Positions 13,101 through 25,520 of a stretch of DNA of 64,000 nt are shown here, in pieces; within the stretch, counting starts at the first letter, position 1; every line of letters starts with the position of its first letter. A model generated the notes under the pieces. That model had not been told where the DNA came from and did no database searches. It saw only the letters and a program-made list of their open reading frames with translations. Both the position numbers and the translations under genes were made by a program. Origin of the DNA: Amoebophrya sp. A120 (Eukaryota > Protista > Dinoflagellata). The stretch is taken from the NCBI GenBank assembly GCA_905178155.1, contig CAJINV010000012.1, forward strand, positions 1,616,492 through 1,680,491, read 5' to 3'.

Positions 13101-15136
13101 CACAACAAAAAAGGTTCACCACAAGAACTCGCCACCCGAGCAAAACTAGAAACGACTTCCACCTCGAAGATAAAAAGTGGATCAACAAATAAAACCACCT
13201 CTGCGCCGGAGAGAACAAGTGGCTCCTCGTCGTTCACCCCAACGAACCAGTCTCACACGACGCAGTTTTGCGTGATGGACTTTGCGGGTAACGCGGTCTC
13301 GTTTATTCAGTCCAACTACAACAAATTTGGCACGAATTTCGTCCCGGAAAGCTGCGGTTTTACCCTGCAGAATCGCGGGGCGAATTTTCATCTGCGGGAT
13401 ATCAAATTCAAAAATTTCTGGGTCTGGAAGAATGCGCGATTTGTCATGCAGCGTTTCCATGACCCATGACGTCTGGAATGCGAGACCCAGCATGACAGAT
13501 TCTTTGAGGTCTCTATCATGCCTGTCCTGCATGAGAAACTCCCTCTCAACTTGGTCAAAAGGGGACAGCTGTTGGCACTCATGCAACACAGATTTCTGCA
13601 TGATTCGGATTTAGCATGACAAGTTGCAATCTTCCAGACCCAAGCATTTTTGCATTTCATACGGGACAAATATCACCCAAATTGCGTCGCCGGCGGGAAA
13701 CGGTATCCTGTGCAAAAGTATCGTACTCGTATTGCAATCATGCATTGCAAATCTTTTTCTTAAAGTAAATCAGCATTATAAATTTTCTTTCTCATGCTGA
13801 GGAGATTCATTTATACGAGTACGATACTTTTGCAATTCATAAACGGAGCTATCATACGATTATCCCCGGATTGGCCACTACGGTAGGAGTAGGACGAGGA
13901 ACTTCTTGTAAATTAGAGCGACGAGGAGGGGAACAAGATATTAAGTCTTCATCTTCGCGAACAAGCACACTTTTGATGAATTTGGCTTTCGTGTTCGGAA
14001 ACATGGGGGGCTTCATGCAGCCACAAGGACATGTGCAGCTGGTCCACAATTTGATTGACCGAAAGATGGACCCGCAGAGGGCGATATGCATCTTCGCAAA
14101 TATGGTCTTTGGGTCTGGAAGAGTGCTGCAACGTTTGCTATAATGCTTGTTGTAATGCTCGAGCCTGTCATGCACGTAAGAGCCTGTTTTTTTTGTCACG
14201 CGGACGAGACGCAGTTTGTCATGCAGAATGCTCTTCTACACATATTACCATCTCAGAAACTTGTCATGGCGGGCGGTCGAAAAATTTTGCGGTACGAGAC
14301 CCTCATGAAGACTCGCCGACCAGCATGATCACAAATTTCCAGGCCACGACATATTTTTTTGCATTGGATAGGCGATTGACTTTCCCAGATTTTGCATCCA
14401 GCCCGCGGGAAACGCGGCGCCGCGGATCATTCGTGATAGGCCTGATGGAATAAAGAAGATGAACTTGGTAGACCACGGCTCTACTACTTCCCAGGACGAG
14501 GAATCGCGACCGGTTGATGTTACTGGTTCTACCACTGTAGCAGGAGCAGGAACAGCGCCAGGATTACTCTTTGATGCCCCGGATGAAAGAGCGACAACCA
14601 CAACCCGAGAAAACTGCGAAAACAGAGCTACGATTTTCCTTGAGCGAGGGCTTGTGTTTGAGAAAGAAGAGGACTTGGTGCTGGCAGTGGACAAAAACCA
14701 CTGTGCAGATCAAAAACATTTATTTCCTGACCCTCGCGCAGGAGATGAACCGCAGCACAATGATGTTGCGTCGAGAAGCATTTCAGTTTCTCCTGCATCG
14801 TGTCCACCTGCTAGAAGAAAAACAAATTGTGGCCTCTTCAGCAAGAACAATCAACTTGTGTTTGCCGACGGGGCGCAACGGGCGACTTTTGGCCGGGCAC
14901 AAATCATTGGGTATGCGGATTTGATGCGTGGTCGTGGGGAAACAAGCCAAAGCACCAGCAGGGATGTTGCAAAGGAGAACGAGATCGGAAGTGGGGAAGA
15001 TCTTCACGACGCGAGGAGAAATAATTCAGCTGCAGCGCCAGTAGAAGTACAGAAGCAGTTTTTTAGTAGAGTCAGATGCGCGGGGTCTGAAAGTAGATGT
15101 GACGGTTGTGTATTCTCTGTGCGGAAAGTGATATAA
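10134..15136 (+). CDS. ggt: gamma-glutamyltranspeptidase / glutathione hydrolase family protein; 8 introner introns
   Basis: Spliced motifs [58 protein letters not shown], nucleophile region [30 protein letters not shown]...[30 protein letters not shown]; start may be 10158. Confidence 0.93.
10324..10471. mobile_element. Introner family B (reverse orientation)
   Basis: TIRs; DR GGTCC/GGGCC; interior is the reverse complement of 13704-13841. Confidence 0.87.
10819..11075. mobile_element. Introner family A
   Basis: TIRs; perfect DR CGTCA. Confidence 0.9.
11706..11964. mobile_element. Introner family C
   Basis: TATCACGAGAAAAAAG / CTTTTTTCTTCGGATA; DR CAGGG/CAGCG; restores PPNGQGIAAL. Confidence 0.85.
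12154..12369. mobile_element. Introner family C
   Basis: TATCGCAAGAAAAAACTGTTTCACTGT / ACAGTGAAACAGTTTTTTCTTCCGATA; perfect DR CTTTC. Confidence 0.9.
12528..12837. mobile_element. Introner family F
   Basis: ~35-bp TIR TATGGAAGCGTCAGGTTTGAAATCGACAAAGTTGA / TCAACTTTGACGATTTCAAACCTCACGCTTTCATA; perfect DR TGAGT. Confidence 0.9.
13400..13661. mobile_element. Introner family A (intact relative of the element split by the retrotransposon)
   Basis: TIRs; perfect DR CGGGA; interior has CATGAGAAACTCCCTCTCAACTTGGTC uninterrupted. Confidence 0.9.
13704..13841. mobile_element. Introner family B
   Basis: TIRs; perfect DR AACGG. Confidence 0.9.
14085..14370. mobile_element. Introner family A, degenerate
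   Basis: Degenerate TIRs; perfect DR GGCGA; restores RAIDFPRF. Confidence 0.85.
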
Positions 15137-15333
15137 ACTAATTGAAAAGTGATTTTATCAACAATTATCGCAAATAAAATCCAATGCCAATGCGTATGCT
15201 GAATTTGGAAGGCAAGAAACACAAACAAAGATAAAGATGAAGATCCATATTAACCCAGAGCAACGAGATAAGTATGCTGTATCAAATCGGTGCTTTCATC
15301 AACTACAGTGGATGAAACCAAGATCCAGAGAAA

Positions 15334-15422
15334 GCAAGATCCAGAAGATCGGCAAAAGTGCTGGAAAAAATCTTCAATGCAAGATCCAGAAGATCTGCAC
15401 AAGTGCTGGAAAAAATCTTCAA
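15334..15422. repeat. 45-bp tandem duplication
   Basis: GCAAGATCCAGAAGATC..AAGTGCTGGAAAAAATCTTCAA x2. Confidence 0.8.
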
Positions 15423-15954
15423 GTACAGGTGCAGCGACAAGAGGTCCTTTAATCAATACACCATGAGCAGGCATAGGCAATGATGTATCAGATACATTGC
15501 CTCATCATGAGGCACCTTGTCTTGTCTCCACTGGCAATCGATCAATCGGGGATCGAGCAACTTCGTTCTCAAAGTCGGTCGTATTAAATGGCTTGAAGAA
15601 TCTACTCGTCCTCATTTCCAGCAGCAGCTCTGAGTACAGGTAGGACTTGTTATAGGTTCTTGCCGTTCGTCGAGGAACTTTTTCGCGACTATATCCCACA
15701 TAAAGTTCTTTTACATATCGATTTTAGCAACTGTATATCCACGGTCTTGTCTTTAAAGAATTCGAGTGCATCAACAGACAGCATTGATTTTTTGCTCGTC
15801 AGCTACTTACAAGCAGGAATATAGATAGTGCGTCAGACAGTAACTCGCTCGCCTAAAGAAGCGAGCACACAATTGATTTTTTGCTCGTCACGATATATTG
15901 TGCCTCAGAGTCAGACCAGTTCAGCGTACAAGGATAAAAGCACGACACAAGAAA

Positions 15955-17853
15955 ATGAAAACTACCAGCAGCACGCGCGTCTACTTACTGTGTGGTCTTC
16001 TACAGGTCTGCGCAGCTGCACTGCTGAAGATGCATACTGCCGGCTTCTTGATGGCAACAAACAGCTATGCTTTCCTCGTCTCGTCTCTGCCTCAAGCAGC
16101 AGCTGCGGCTCCTGGGGTGACGGGAACGGGCGGAAGCAGCCGGGGTGACGCAAAAGGAACACCTCCTGACGCACCGCTCCTGGCAGAGGCTGTTGCGTCG
16201 TTTCTGGCCGGGGACCCCGGCGAACTGAGGCCGGGTAGTGCCGAGGCATCCACGCCACTCCGGGCAGTCAACCGAAGCTGGCTGGGCGCTGCCGACAAGG
16301 CGAGGGCAGCCGCCTCGGGCAGTCGAAGCAAGGAGGAGGACCTTGCTCGCCGTCGTGACGCGCGCCGCGCTCGAGATACGGTTACGGGGCTGTTGCAAGC
16401 GATAAAAGACGACACAGTAATACCCAGCAGTACCGATGGGGATTCGTTCGCACACGACTGGAAATACGTGGCGCGCATGCTGGCGGCGAGAAAAAGTAGG
16501 GCAGACGCGTTTAATAATATTAATACTCCGGAGCCAGCAGGTAATGGCATTCGTAACAACATCCATGCGAGGCAGAGTTTTTTCCTGCAAATTTTCGAAG
16601 CTTTTGTCGCGCAAAATGTTGATCAACACGGGAGCAGCTCCCGCTCCCCAGAGGTTCCGGTGGCAAGGGATCCGACTCCCGACGGTATCAAATGTGAAAA
16701 TGTCTGGGTCTGGAAGATTGCCAGGTTTGTCATGCACATTTTCCATGACCCATGATGTCTGTGATGCATGCCCTAGCATCACAGATTTTTTGAGGGCATC
16801 TTGATGCCTAGTCCGCATGACAAATGTCCTCTCTGCGTAGCAAAAATTGCATTCTACTCTTTGCTGCTCATGCAATGCAAGCTTTTTTGGAATCCAAATG
16901 CAGCATCACAAGTTCCACCCTTCCAGACCCAGACATTTTTACAATCCATACACGGCGGTCCTGTGCAAGGGATCTTCCCGACTGAGCTCCTGATTTCGTT
17001 GGAAGACGCGATTGGGAGGATTTGCACCGCGCCCGACCTGGGGAGGATTTGCTTCCCGACATCTGCAGGTTGGGGATCGATGGACGACTCGAGTATCTCT
17101 GATCTGACATACTACACCATTTGGCCCCTCGCACGCGAAGTCGTCACGCAGGTGAAGATTGTTGTCTGCACCCCGGCACGACCTCCACGTGAAAGACCAG
17201 GCGCGGTGACTATTGCTGTCATTCAGGGTCGGAATGATCCTCCGCTAGAGATCCCGGGTCCGGGGCTTGCACAGAACCAGCTCAGCATGACACACCCGCT
17301 TTCTCGTCGAAACGGAGTGGGAATGCGGGTAGAGGCCGAACCCGCTCGAACCGTCGGACCTGCGGGTGGTCCTGCAGGCGAAGTTCAAAAGTACAACCTA
17401 CGCATTGCAAATGTACTGTAGTGTGAGTCCGGTCTTCTTCTGATGTGCATGTGACAGATGAACTTGGAGGCACCATGCTAGTAACAAGTAAGTAGTAGCT
17501 ATTAGCCTGCTACTGCGGTATTCTTTCTGTGATATTCTGCACGACGAACAACGCGAGCTCACCCAATGAGTAGGCACTTGTAGCCGATCACTACGCTGCT
17601 GCTGCATGAAAAAATTGTGTGGGTGCTGTGTCGTGTAGTTTTTCCGTGTTGGCCACGACAAATCGGACTACTTTGGCAAGAAACCAAACAAGCGGCGCTC
17701 ATCTATCCGCCTTTATCTATACATAATTCTGGAGAAATTATAAACATGCTTGACAAGCTGTGTGAAAGTTCCAGACTCAGACTACAGAAACAGATTTGCA
17801 ATGCATACGACCACTTCAGAGCGGTGCGGTTACATTTTTACAAAAAGCCATAG
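15955..17853 (+). CDS. hypothetical protein, tandem family paralogue A (hydrophobic N-terminus)
   Basis: Frame is continuous after removing introners 16686-16950 and 17399-17807; close similarity to 22196-25520. Confidence 0.7.
16686..16950. mobile_element. Introner family A
   Basis: TIRs; DR GACGG/CACGG; paralogues carry the empty site. Confidence 0.9.
17399..17807. mobile_element. old, decayed family A-like introner
   Basis: TACGCATTGCAAAT..CTGTAGTGTGAGTCCGG / CCAGACTCAGACTACAG..ATTTGCAATGCATA; DR CAACC/CGACC; same position as 25016-25420. Confidence 0.75.
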
Positions 17854-18739
17854 TCGGCGGAGCCTAAGTCGGAGTCTTTTCGGGGAAAAGACGCACCATT
17901 ATAATTATTTGCGACGTTGTACCGAACTTACTTTGTGTTGCATAGAGAAAATAAATCAATCTTAAGCGGCCTTGCAGCCATTCTTTCGCATTGATTTGGT
18001 GGGCGATTTCTGTCGATCATGAGTTTTGCTCACAAAGATAATGCTTTGTCCTCTCATCTATGAGGAACTTTAACTTTATAGGGGCGTGATGTGTTGACTC
18101 TTGGTTCATGAATGAAAAGTTTTTTACGATTTTATTTTTATGATAAGTGTATGATGAAGAGGAGTAGCAGTAGCAGAAGGAGAAGAAAACTCAATATAGC
18201 AAAGACGCAAAGTAGCCAGAGAACACGAATCTTGATGAGATGCGACCATGAAGCTCTAGAGCTACTGGGTCATTGGTGCATGACAGGAATCTTTGATCGC
18301 CCTATGTTGGATGATGTCCGCTCAGGTACTATCGTAGTGTAGTGGTAAAACTAAAAATCGATGTTGCGCCCATTCTTCCTTACTGCGTGGGCATCAATCT
18401 CTGTATAATCATGAGTTGTTTTGCTCGCGCAGATGATGCTGTGTAGTCTATGTGAGGGACTACACCAGGGTTGTGACATGATTTTTGCACTATGTATGAA
18501 TGAAAAACTGGGTGATTTTATTGAAAAAAGAGTGTATGATGACGAGGAGAAGAAAATATCAAAATCAAAACGCAATATAGCAAAGACGCAAAGTTGTAGT
18601 CAGAAAAAACGAATTTTGATGAGGTGCTGCATCCTCTCGCCAACGTAAACTTCAGGTTGTCGACGGGGGACGAAATTCCGCTGCGGTTTTAGAACAGCGC
18701 GATGATGTTCCTGGGGCCCCAAATGTAGCAGCGGCAACC

Positions 18740-21700
18740 TTGGTTGGAGCGCCAAAACAGCATGACAAACTGGAAAAGGATCGGCATCTGAAGACTTTGC
18801 GCCCGGTCTTGAAAATGATGAAAAAGGAGTGTGCAGCAAGTTCTCTTGAAGGCCGTGCGCGTACCTCCTGCCCATCCTCTTGTCATAAGTGCGGCCCGGT
18901 GGCCTGGAAATGGAAACCGATCAAGAAGCTCCTGGTGCACATGGATGAAGAAGTGAGTTTCAGCCATATACCACCTGCACGTAGCCGGAATAGTGCTAAG
19001 ATACTAATTTTAGACCGTGGACGGGCCAGCGATCCTCGAGGAGATGAGCGGCGGGCTTCTCCCTTGGAAAAAGCGTTGAGACTCCCCGGAGGATCTCGAT
19101 GCGCGACAGCAAAGTCGCGGGTTTTAGATCGTAAACGGCTCATGCGAGGATCAGAAGGCAGACAGCTGAAGAGCGGGGGTTGCGACTTTGGTGAACTGTT
19201 CTGCCGATGGGGGTCTATCTTAATGGAACTAAGAAGCACAACTAGCAATAAGCCGGATACTCATCCGGTTTGTTCTTCTTCGCCTTCACTACGCCGGGAT
19301 TGGTCGTTTAAGCTCAGCACGCAGCGCTCCAAATGGAACGAGCATGCTCAAGCACATGCTTCAACGTCCGAGCTTAGTCGCAAATTTGAAGGTTTGCGGA
19401 AGTTTTGGTGCAAATCTGCTGAAAACGACGAACCACGACTACAGACCACGTCTCCGAATTACGACTACGAATCAATGACGGCGCACGACCTTGGAGTTGC
19501 ACGCGGGCGACCGTTGTCCATATCTGGTGAGTCTCCCAACAGAAAAATGCGAAAGTTGGGTATTCCTGATTCGGAGAAGCTGTGCTCCACATCGGGAATA
19601 GCAACCGAAGCGCCTCTTTCTGCTGGAATTTTTTCTCGCATAAAGAAACCCGCACAGACGAATCCGAGGCGCCAGGGCAGCTTTATGATCCATGGAAATG
19701 CAGGTCGAGTTCTACTCTCTTCTTCGCGGCGTGGAGTTATGCAGAACGTTGTGAGCTGCAGTACTCGATCATTACGGCGTCGGCAATATCTCAGTTTCAA
19801 TCATCTCAAAAGACCCGGAGTGGCAGCTTCGCGTACTGTAGTTTTGAAGTCGAGTCCAGGGAGCGAAGTCTCGATGAAGTTTTGCGGAAAGTCTGGCCAC
19901 CTCGAGCAAATACCGACTTGGGACAGCCGACGGGGAGAGAACGCCGGTGCTATTGTTACGACATTACAGGTTGTGGAGCATCAGCAAGGGCAAACTCCGC
20001 CGCACTTGTCGCAGGTTGCGGGGGACGATAGCAAATGGTTAGAACAGCTTCGTCGGCGTCATGACTCCGGTGCCTTTGGTTTCGCTGCGTTACCTGGAGA
20101 CGCAAGGCAGAGTGGGGAAGTCGCAAGAGCGTTAGCGTTCTGGTCTGGCTTGCAGCAGTATAATCTACACTGTCACGAGCACAACGCCGCGTGGGGGCAT
20201 GAAGATGAAGCTGCAGCACATGCAGACTCGCGTAGTGGCGGTTTCACAGTCATGAGAGCGAGTGCGGTTGGGCGTACATGTAAGGCCGCAAAGCAGTACC
20301 GAGAAAAACCCAAACCGGTGCGGGGCGACGACTCCAACAGAAGGAAAAGGCGCGGAAAGTTCGGGTCTCGGGAATTAGGGGGGTTCATGAGTTCGACGTT
20401 TTCGGTGGAGGAGCCTGTGAGCCACAACCCCAGCACTGCAAAAAATGAAGGGCAGCCAGCAGGAAACCACGAGGGAGATGAGGACAGCCCGCAGGATGAT
20501 GGCCCGCCGCCACAAATCTGGGACCCGTTTCAACATGTGCCGAAGCGCCAAATACTTCCGCCGCTGGTCGGGCATATGAGCTACTCGGTGGGGTGTATCA
20601 ACATGCGATCTGGAAACCCGGAGGGGGCGTCTTTCACCTGGGCCATGGAAGTGGCACGATGGCGAAAGTGGGACGCGGTGTGCTTGAACGAGTTCAATTA
20701 CACGAAGTCACTACTTCTTGACGACGACACAGTATTCAGTAAGGAAGGCAGCATAGCACAAAGCCCGGCAATTTTTAACCAAGAGAACAGCGACAGCGAC
20801 GGACACGAGACGGATGGCAGTTTTGAAGACAACTACGAGGCCCCGCAGACCTTGAGCACCATCAAACCGACTTGGGTGAAGCGCAAAAAGTATGATTTGG
20901 CTTATACAAATGGCGTAGGCATTGCGATTATTCATCCGCAGCTGCGGGAACAGTTACGGATCGCGATGAAAAATCCGGCGGAGCATATTCGGGCCCGGCC
21001 CCGGATCCTGTCGATTCACCTGGCGGAGATGATACTGACTTCCATCTATGCCCCCACAAGTGCAACCGCGAAAAACCAGCGGGAACGCTTTGACATGGAC
21101 TTTTTGCGGCATTTCATGGAGATGGGCAGACGCAAGCGCCAAAAGTGGAAGACGCAAATTACGTGTGGCGACCTCAATGCACAGATCGGGGCGGAGCGCT
21201 TTGCGAATTCGAGCATTCACGGCGGCAAAGGGTTGCAGCACACAAACCCAAGGGGCAAAGAGTTGGCCAACAAGTTGCTAGCACTCAACACCGTGCTCGC
21301 CGGTACGCACTTCGACGCAGGTCCCGGAGAGTCGTCCGCCACGAGAGAGGGCAACGAGCTGGGCCACTTCTTAACCAATGGCCGCTTCTTATCAAAGTTC
21401 AGAAGCTACCGCAGATTCGATCCGAATGGACTGACGCAGACCGGAGAGCTAGCGGCACCAAAACGTCTGGACCATAAGGCGCTGGAAGTGCAGGTAGATG
21501 TGAAAGGGCATGCACAGATGCGGCGCGAAGGACTTCAGCGGCAGGCAAATTCCAAGGAGTTTACGCTGGAGCCCGATCCGAAAACCGTAGCAAAGTTCAA
21601 CTTCGAACTGCAGGCAGAAATCGAGCAAAATCCGGCGGCGTTTGGAATGGAGGAGTTTCAGAGTTTCCTCGTGAAGCGCGCGCCCTGGTTCCTGGTCAAG

Positions 21701-21880
21701 AAACAGAAAAAGGGGCCAGCAGCAGCAGATCCGGACTCTTTAGTGGAAAACGCGAAGACCCGGGCGGAATTTTGGGAGCATTGTCGAGATGGATCCGCCT
21801 TCAGTAGTCTAATGAGCATGAAAAAAGCCAGGGATCTTCCGAGGGGTTGGCAACCGCAACGCAAGTGGTTCTATACATAG
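18740..21880 (+). mobile_element. retroelement-like ORF (1046 aa) with C-terminal APE/EEP endonuclease domain; no RT
   Basis: Motifs CINMRS, DAVCLNE, GVGIAI, SIYAPT, CGDLNAQIG, TNPRGKELA, LDHKAL at about 20580-21490; intronless; start codon uncertain. Confidence 0.75.
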
Positions 21881-22195
21881 ATTTAGTTTTATTTCGGCGA
21901 TCAGTAGGAATGCGAATGCATCAGAACGCCCCTTCTGATTTTTCTTGATGGTACTACCTAGCTATGGTAACGAAATCAATATTCCAATCAAGGGGCGACC
22001 AGTTTTGTTAGTTGAAGCATTTAACGTACGTAAAAATAAAGAGCGTGCTGCTTGCCTTCCAGTACTTCGACCGTGAGTCAGGTACTAGACTGAAAACAGC
22101 TTTTGTTTTTTTTGTTCCTCGCAATAAAAATAAAGACCTTTTACAACAGAAATCGAGAACTACAGCCAGGAGAACTAGAGCTTACCACTCACAAA

Positions 22196-23946
22196 ATGAA
22201 AAAAAATACCAAAACGTGCAGTATTTCGCTGCGTCTGTGCGCAGCCTGCCTGTTGAAAATGATTCATACCCCCGGCTTGTTCTTTATCACGACGAGCAGC
22301 CATCTTGTTTTGCGAGCAGAAGCAGCCGGCGTGACGGCGCCAGCGGAAAGTGCAACTTCTGGGAAAGGAACCATGCTTCGGAGCCTTTTTCCATCGTGGC
22401 GTAGTACATCTTCTGAAGATGATCCTGGGCCGTCTGCTCGGCAGAAGCGGCGCCTGGCGACCAGCTGCGGACTCTGCAGCCGGCGGAACATCAAGGCCCG
22501 TGTTTCTCCTCGCGGAAAGGTTGACCAAAATATGCAAGGGAAATGAAGAAGTACTAGCACACGACCCATAGAGGCACCAGAAAAAGAATGAATCTTTTGT
22601 TGCGGGGCTTAGCGTCAAATCAATGATAGTGAAAAGCTCAATCCGACCGCTCGGCACGAGGACAAGCGCTTTTTTGAATTTTTTGTGCTGGTCGCTGGCT
22701 AGCCTTACCAAATGCATCGTTCTGCATGTTTGCACTTGCAGCAGGGGGATGGCCTCTCTTTCTTGGTTCCCCGCATCACAGAACAGTTACACACAAAAAT
22801 CGCAACTACACAAGTTCCGGTACATACTATGGGTCGTGTACTTCCCCTTTTTGATTTCCGTAGGATAAGAACCCCTCCTGACAAGCCGCTCCTGGCCATT
22901 GCGTCGTTTCTGGCCGGGGACCCCACCGAGCAAGAACCGGGGAATCATCCACGCCCCCGTCCTTTCTGGCCGTGTCGTTTCTGGCCGGAGACCCCGGGTC
23001 GTGCCGAGGCATCCACGCCACTCCGGGCAGTCAGCCGAAGCTGGCTGGGCGCTGCCGACCAGGCGAGGGCAGCCGCCTCGGGCAGTCGAAGCAAGGAGGA
23101 GGACCTTGAGCGCCGTCGCCGTGGTCGTGACGCGCGCCTCGCTCGAAATATGGTCAAGGGGCTGTTGCAAGCGATAAAAGACGACACAGTAAAGCCGCAC
23201 AGTATCGCTGAGGATTCGTTCGCACACGACTGGAATGACGTCGCGTGCACGCTGGCGGCGAGAAAAAGGAGGGCAGACGCGTTTGATAATATCAATACTC
23301 CGGAGCCAGCAGGTAATGGCATTCGTAACAACATCCATGCGAGGCAGAGTTTTTTCCAGGAAATTTTCGAAGCTTTTGTCGCGGAAAATGTTGATCCTCA
23401 CGGCGGTCCTGCGCAAAGGATCCCGACTGAGCTCCTGGTTTCGTTGGAAGACGCGATTGGGAGGATTTGCACTGCGCCCGACGTGGGGGTCGACAAGTCA
23501 AGTTCCACTCTGACATATTACAGGTTACGTGATGTCCCGGACACGGAGGTGAAGACTCGTGTCTCCGCCCTGGCACCTCCACGTGAAAGAGAAAGCGTGG
23601 TGTCTATTTCTGTCGTTCAGGGTGATGATGATCCCCCGCTGGAGATCAACACGTACAAAATGTAAAAATGTCTGGGTCTAGAAGATTGCCAGGTTTGTCA
23701 TGCACATTTTGCATGACTCCTGATGTCTGTGATGCATGCCCCAGCATCACAGATTTTGTGGGGGCTTTCTGATGCCTATACTGCATGACAAATGCTCTTT
23801 CCGCGTAGCAAAACTTGGACTCTCTTTGCTGCTCATGCAATACAGAGCTTTTTAGAATTCAAAATCAGCATGACGAGTTCGATTCTTCCAGACCCAGACA
23901 TTTTTACTGTTGATAACACGGGAGCAGCTCCGCGGAGGTTCCGGTG
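22196..23946 (+). CDS. tandem family paralogue B, truncated or chimeric at 3' end
   Basis: Homologous to paralogue A; intron 22531-22867; joins the duplicated unit out of frame at GATC and stops about 23946 after introner removal. Confidence 0.55.
22531..22867. mobile_element. Introner family G
   Basis: TATGCAAGGGAAAT..GAAGTAC..CACGACCCATAG / CTATGGGTCGTGTACTTC..ATTTCCGTAGGATA; DR weak; absent from paralogue A. Confidence 0.7.
23654..23915. mobile_element. Introner family A
   Basis: TIRs; perfect DR ACACG. Confidence 0.88.
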
Positions 23947-24268
23947 ACACGGGGTCCGACTCCTCACAGCGGTCCTGTGCAAGGGACGATCCCGACTGAG
24001 CTCCTAGTTTCCATGGAAGACGCGATTGGGAGGATTTGCACAGCGCCCGGCGCGGAGGTGCCAACTGTAGAAAAAGAGACGCGGCGGAACACGTCTTGGG
24101 AGATCTGGGCGACAAGCTTCGTTCTGACATACCGCTTACGTCATTACTCGGACGCGAAGTTGCAGATTCGTGTCTCCGCCCTGGCACCTCCACGTGAAAG
24201 AGAAAGGAAGCGTGGTGTCTATTTCTGTCGTTCAGGGTGATGATGATCCCCCGCTGGAGATCAACACG

Positions 24269-24530
24269 TACAAAATGTAAAAATGTCTGGGTCTAGAAGA
24301 TTGCCAGGTTTGTCATGCACATTTTGCATGACTCCTGATGTCTGTGATGCATGCCCCAGCATCACAGATTTTGTGGGGGCTTTCTGATGCCTATACTGCA
24401 TGACAAATGCTCTTTCCGCGTAGCAAAACTTGGACTCTCTTTGCTGCTCATGCAATACAGAGCTTTTTAGAATTCAAAATCAGCATGACGAGTTCGATTC
24501 TTCCAGACCCAGACATTTTTACTGTTGATA
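24269..24530. mobile_element. Introner family A (duplicate of 23654-23915)
   Basis: Identical copy; DR ACACG. Confidence 0.88.
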
Positions 24531-25520
24531 ACACGGGAGCAGCTCCGCGGAGGTTCCGGTGACACGGGGTCCGACTCCTCACAGCGGTCCTGTGCAAGGG
24601 ACGATCCCGACTGAGCTCCTAGTTTCCATGGAAGACGCGATTGGGAGGATTTGCACAGCGCCCGGCGCGGAGGTGCCAACTGTAGAAAAAGAGACGCGGC
24701 GGAACACGTCTTGGGAGATCTGGGCGACAAGCTTCGTTCTGACATACCGCTTACGTCATTACTCGGACGCGAAGTTGCAGATTCGTGTCTCCGCCCTGGC
24801 ACCTCCACGTGAAAGAGAAAGCGTGGTGTCTATTTCTGTCGTTCAGGGTGATGATGATCCCCCGCTGGAGATCCCGGGTCCGGGGCTGGCACAGAACCAG
24901 ATCAACGTGATGCACCCGCTTTCTCGAAACGGAGTGGAAATGCGGGTACTGGCTGTACCCGATCTAAGCGTGCGACCTGCAGATGGTCCTGCAGGCGATA
25001 TTCGAAAGTACAACCTACGCATTGCAAATGTACTGTAGTCTGGGTCCGGTCTTCATGTGATGTGCATGTGACAGATGAACTTGGAGGCACTATGCTAGTA
25101 AGTATAGTAGTAGTTATTTTACTCACTGCTCCTACTAAGCAAAAGTATTCTTGCTGTAATTGTATTCTGCACGACGAACTACAAGAAGAACGCGAACTCA
25201 CCCAATAGGTAGTTGTACCCGATCACTATGCTGCATGAAAAAGTAATTTTTCTGTGGGCACTGTATGTAATTTTTCTGTGTGGGCCACGACAAGTCGGAG
25301 TTTGACAAGAAACCAAACAAGCGGCGCTCTATCCGCCCACGCGTTTCTCTATTCTGGAGAAAACATGCTTGGCAAGCCTTATGGAAATTCCAGACCCAGA
25401 CTACAGATTTGCAATGCATACGACCACTTCAGTTTTGTGAAGTTACTTTTTTGCAAACCACTACCGCCATTATATATAGGCGGTGGAACGAAGGGTAAAT
25501 CTTTCTGGGAAAAAGACTGA
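24531..25520 (+). pseudogene. 3' half of tandem family paralogue C
   Basis: Homologous to the C-terminal half of paralogue A, including the shared old introner; no in-frame 5' half found. Confidence 0.55.
25016..25420. mobile_element. old, decayed family A-like introner
   Basis: TACGCATTGCAAAT..CTGTAGTCTGGGTCCGG / CCAGACCCAGACTACAGATTTGCAATGCATA; DR CAACC/CGACC. Confidence 0.78.

Larger units (their letters stand above)
23645..24870 (+). repeat. ~615-bp tandem duplication (introner plus exon), two near-identical copies
   Basis: Identical ORFs offset by 615 bp (23646/24261; 23852/24467); copies differ by a 4-bp indel. Confidence 0.9.
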
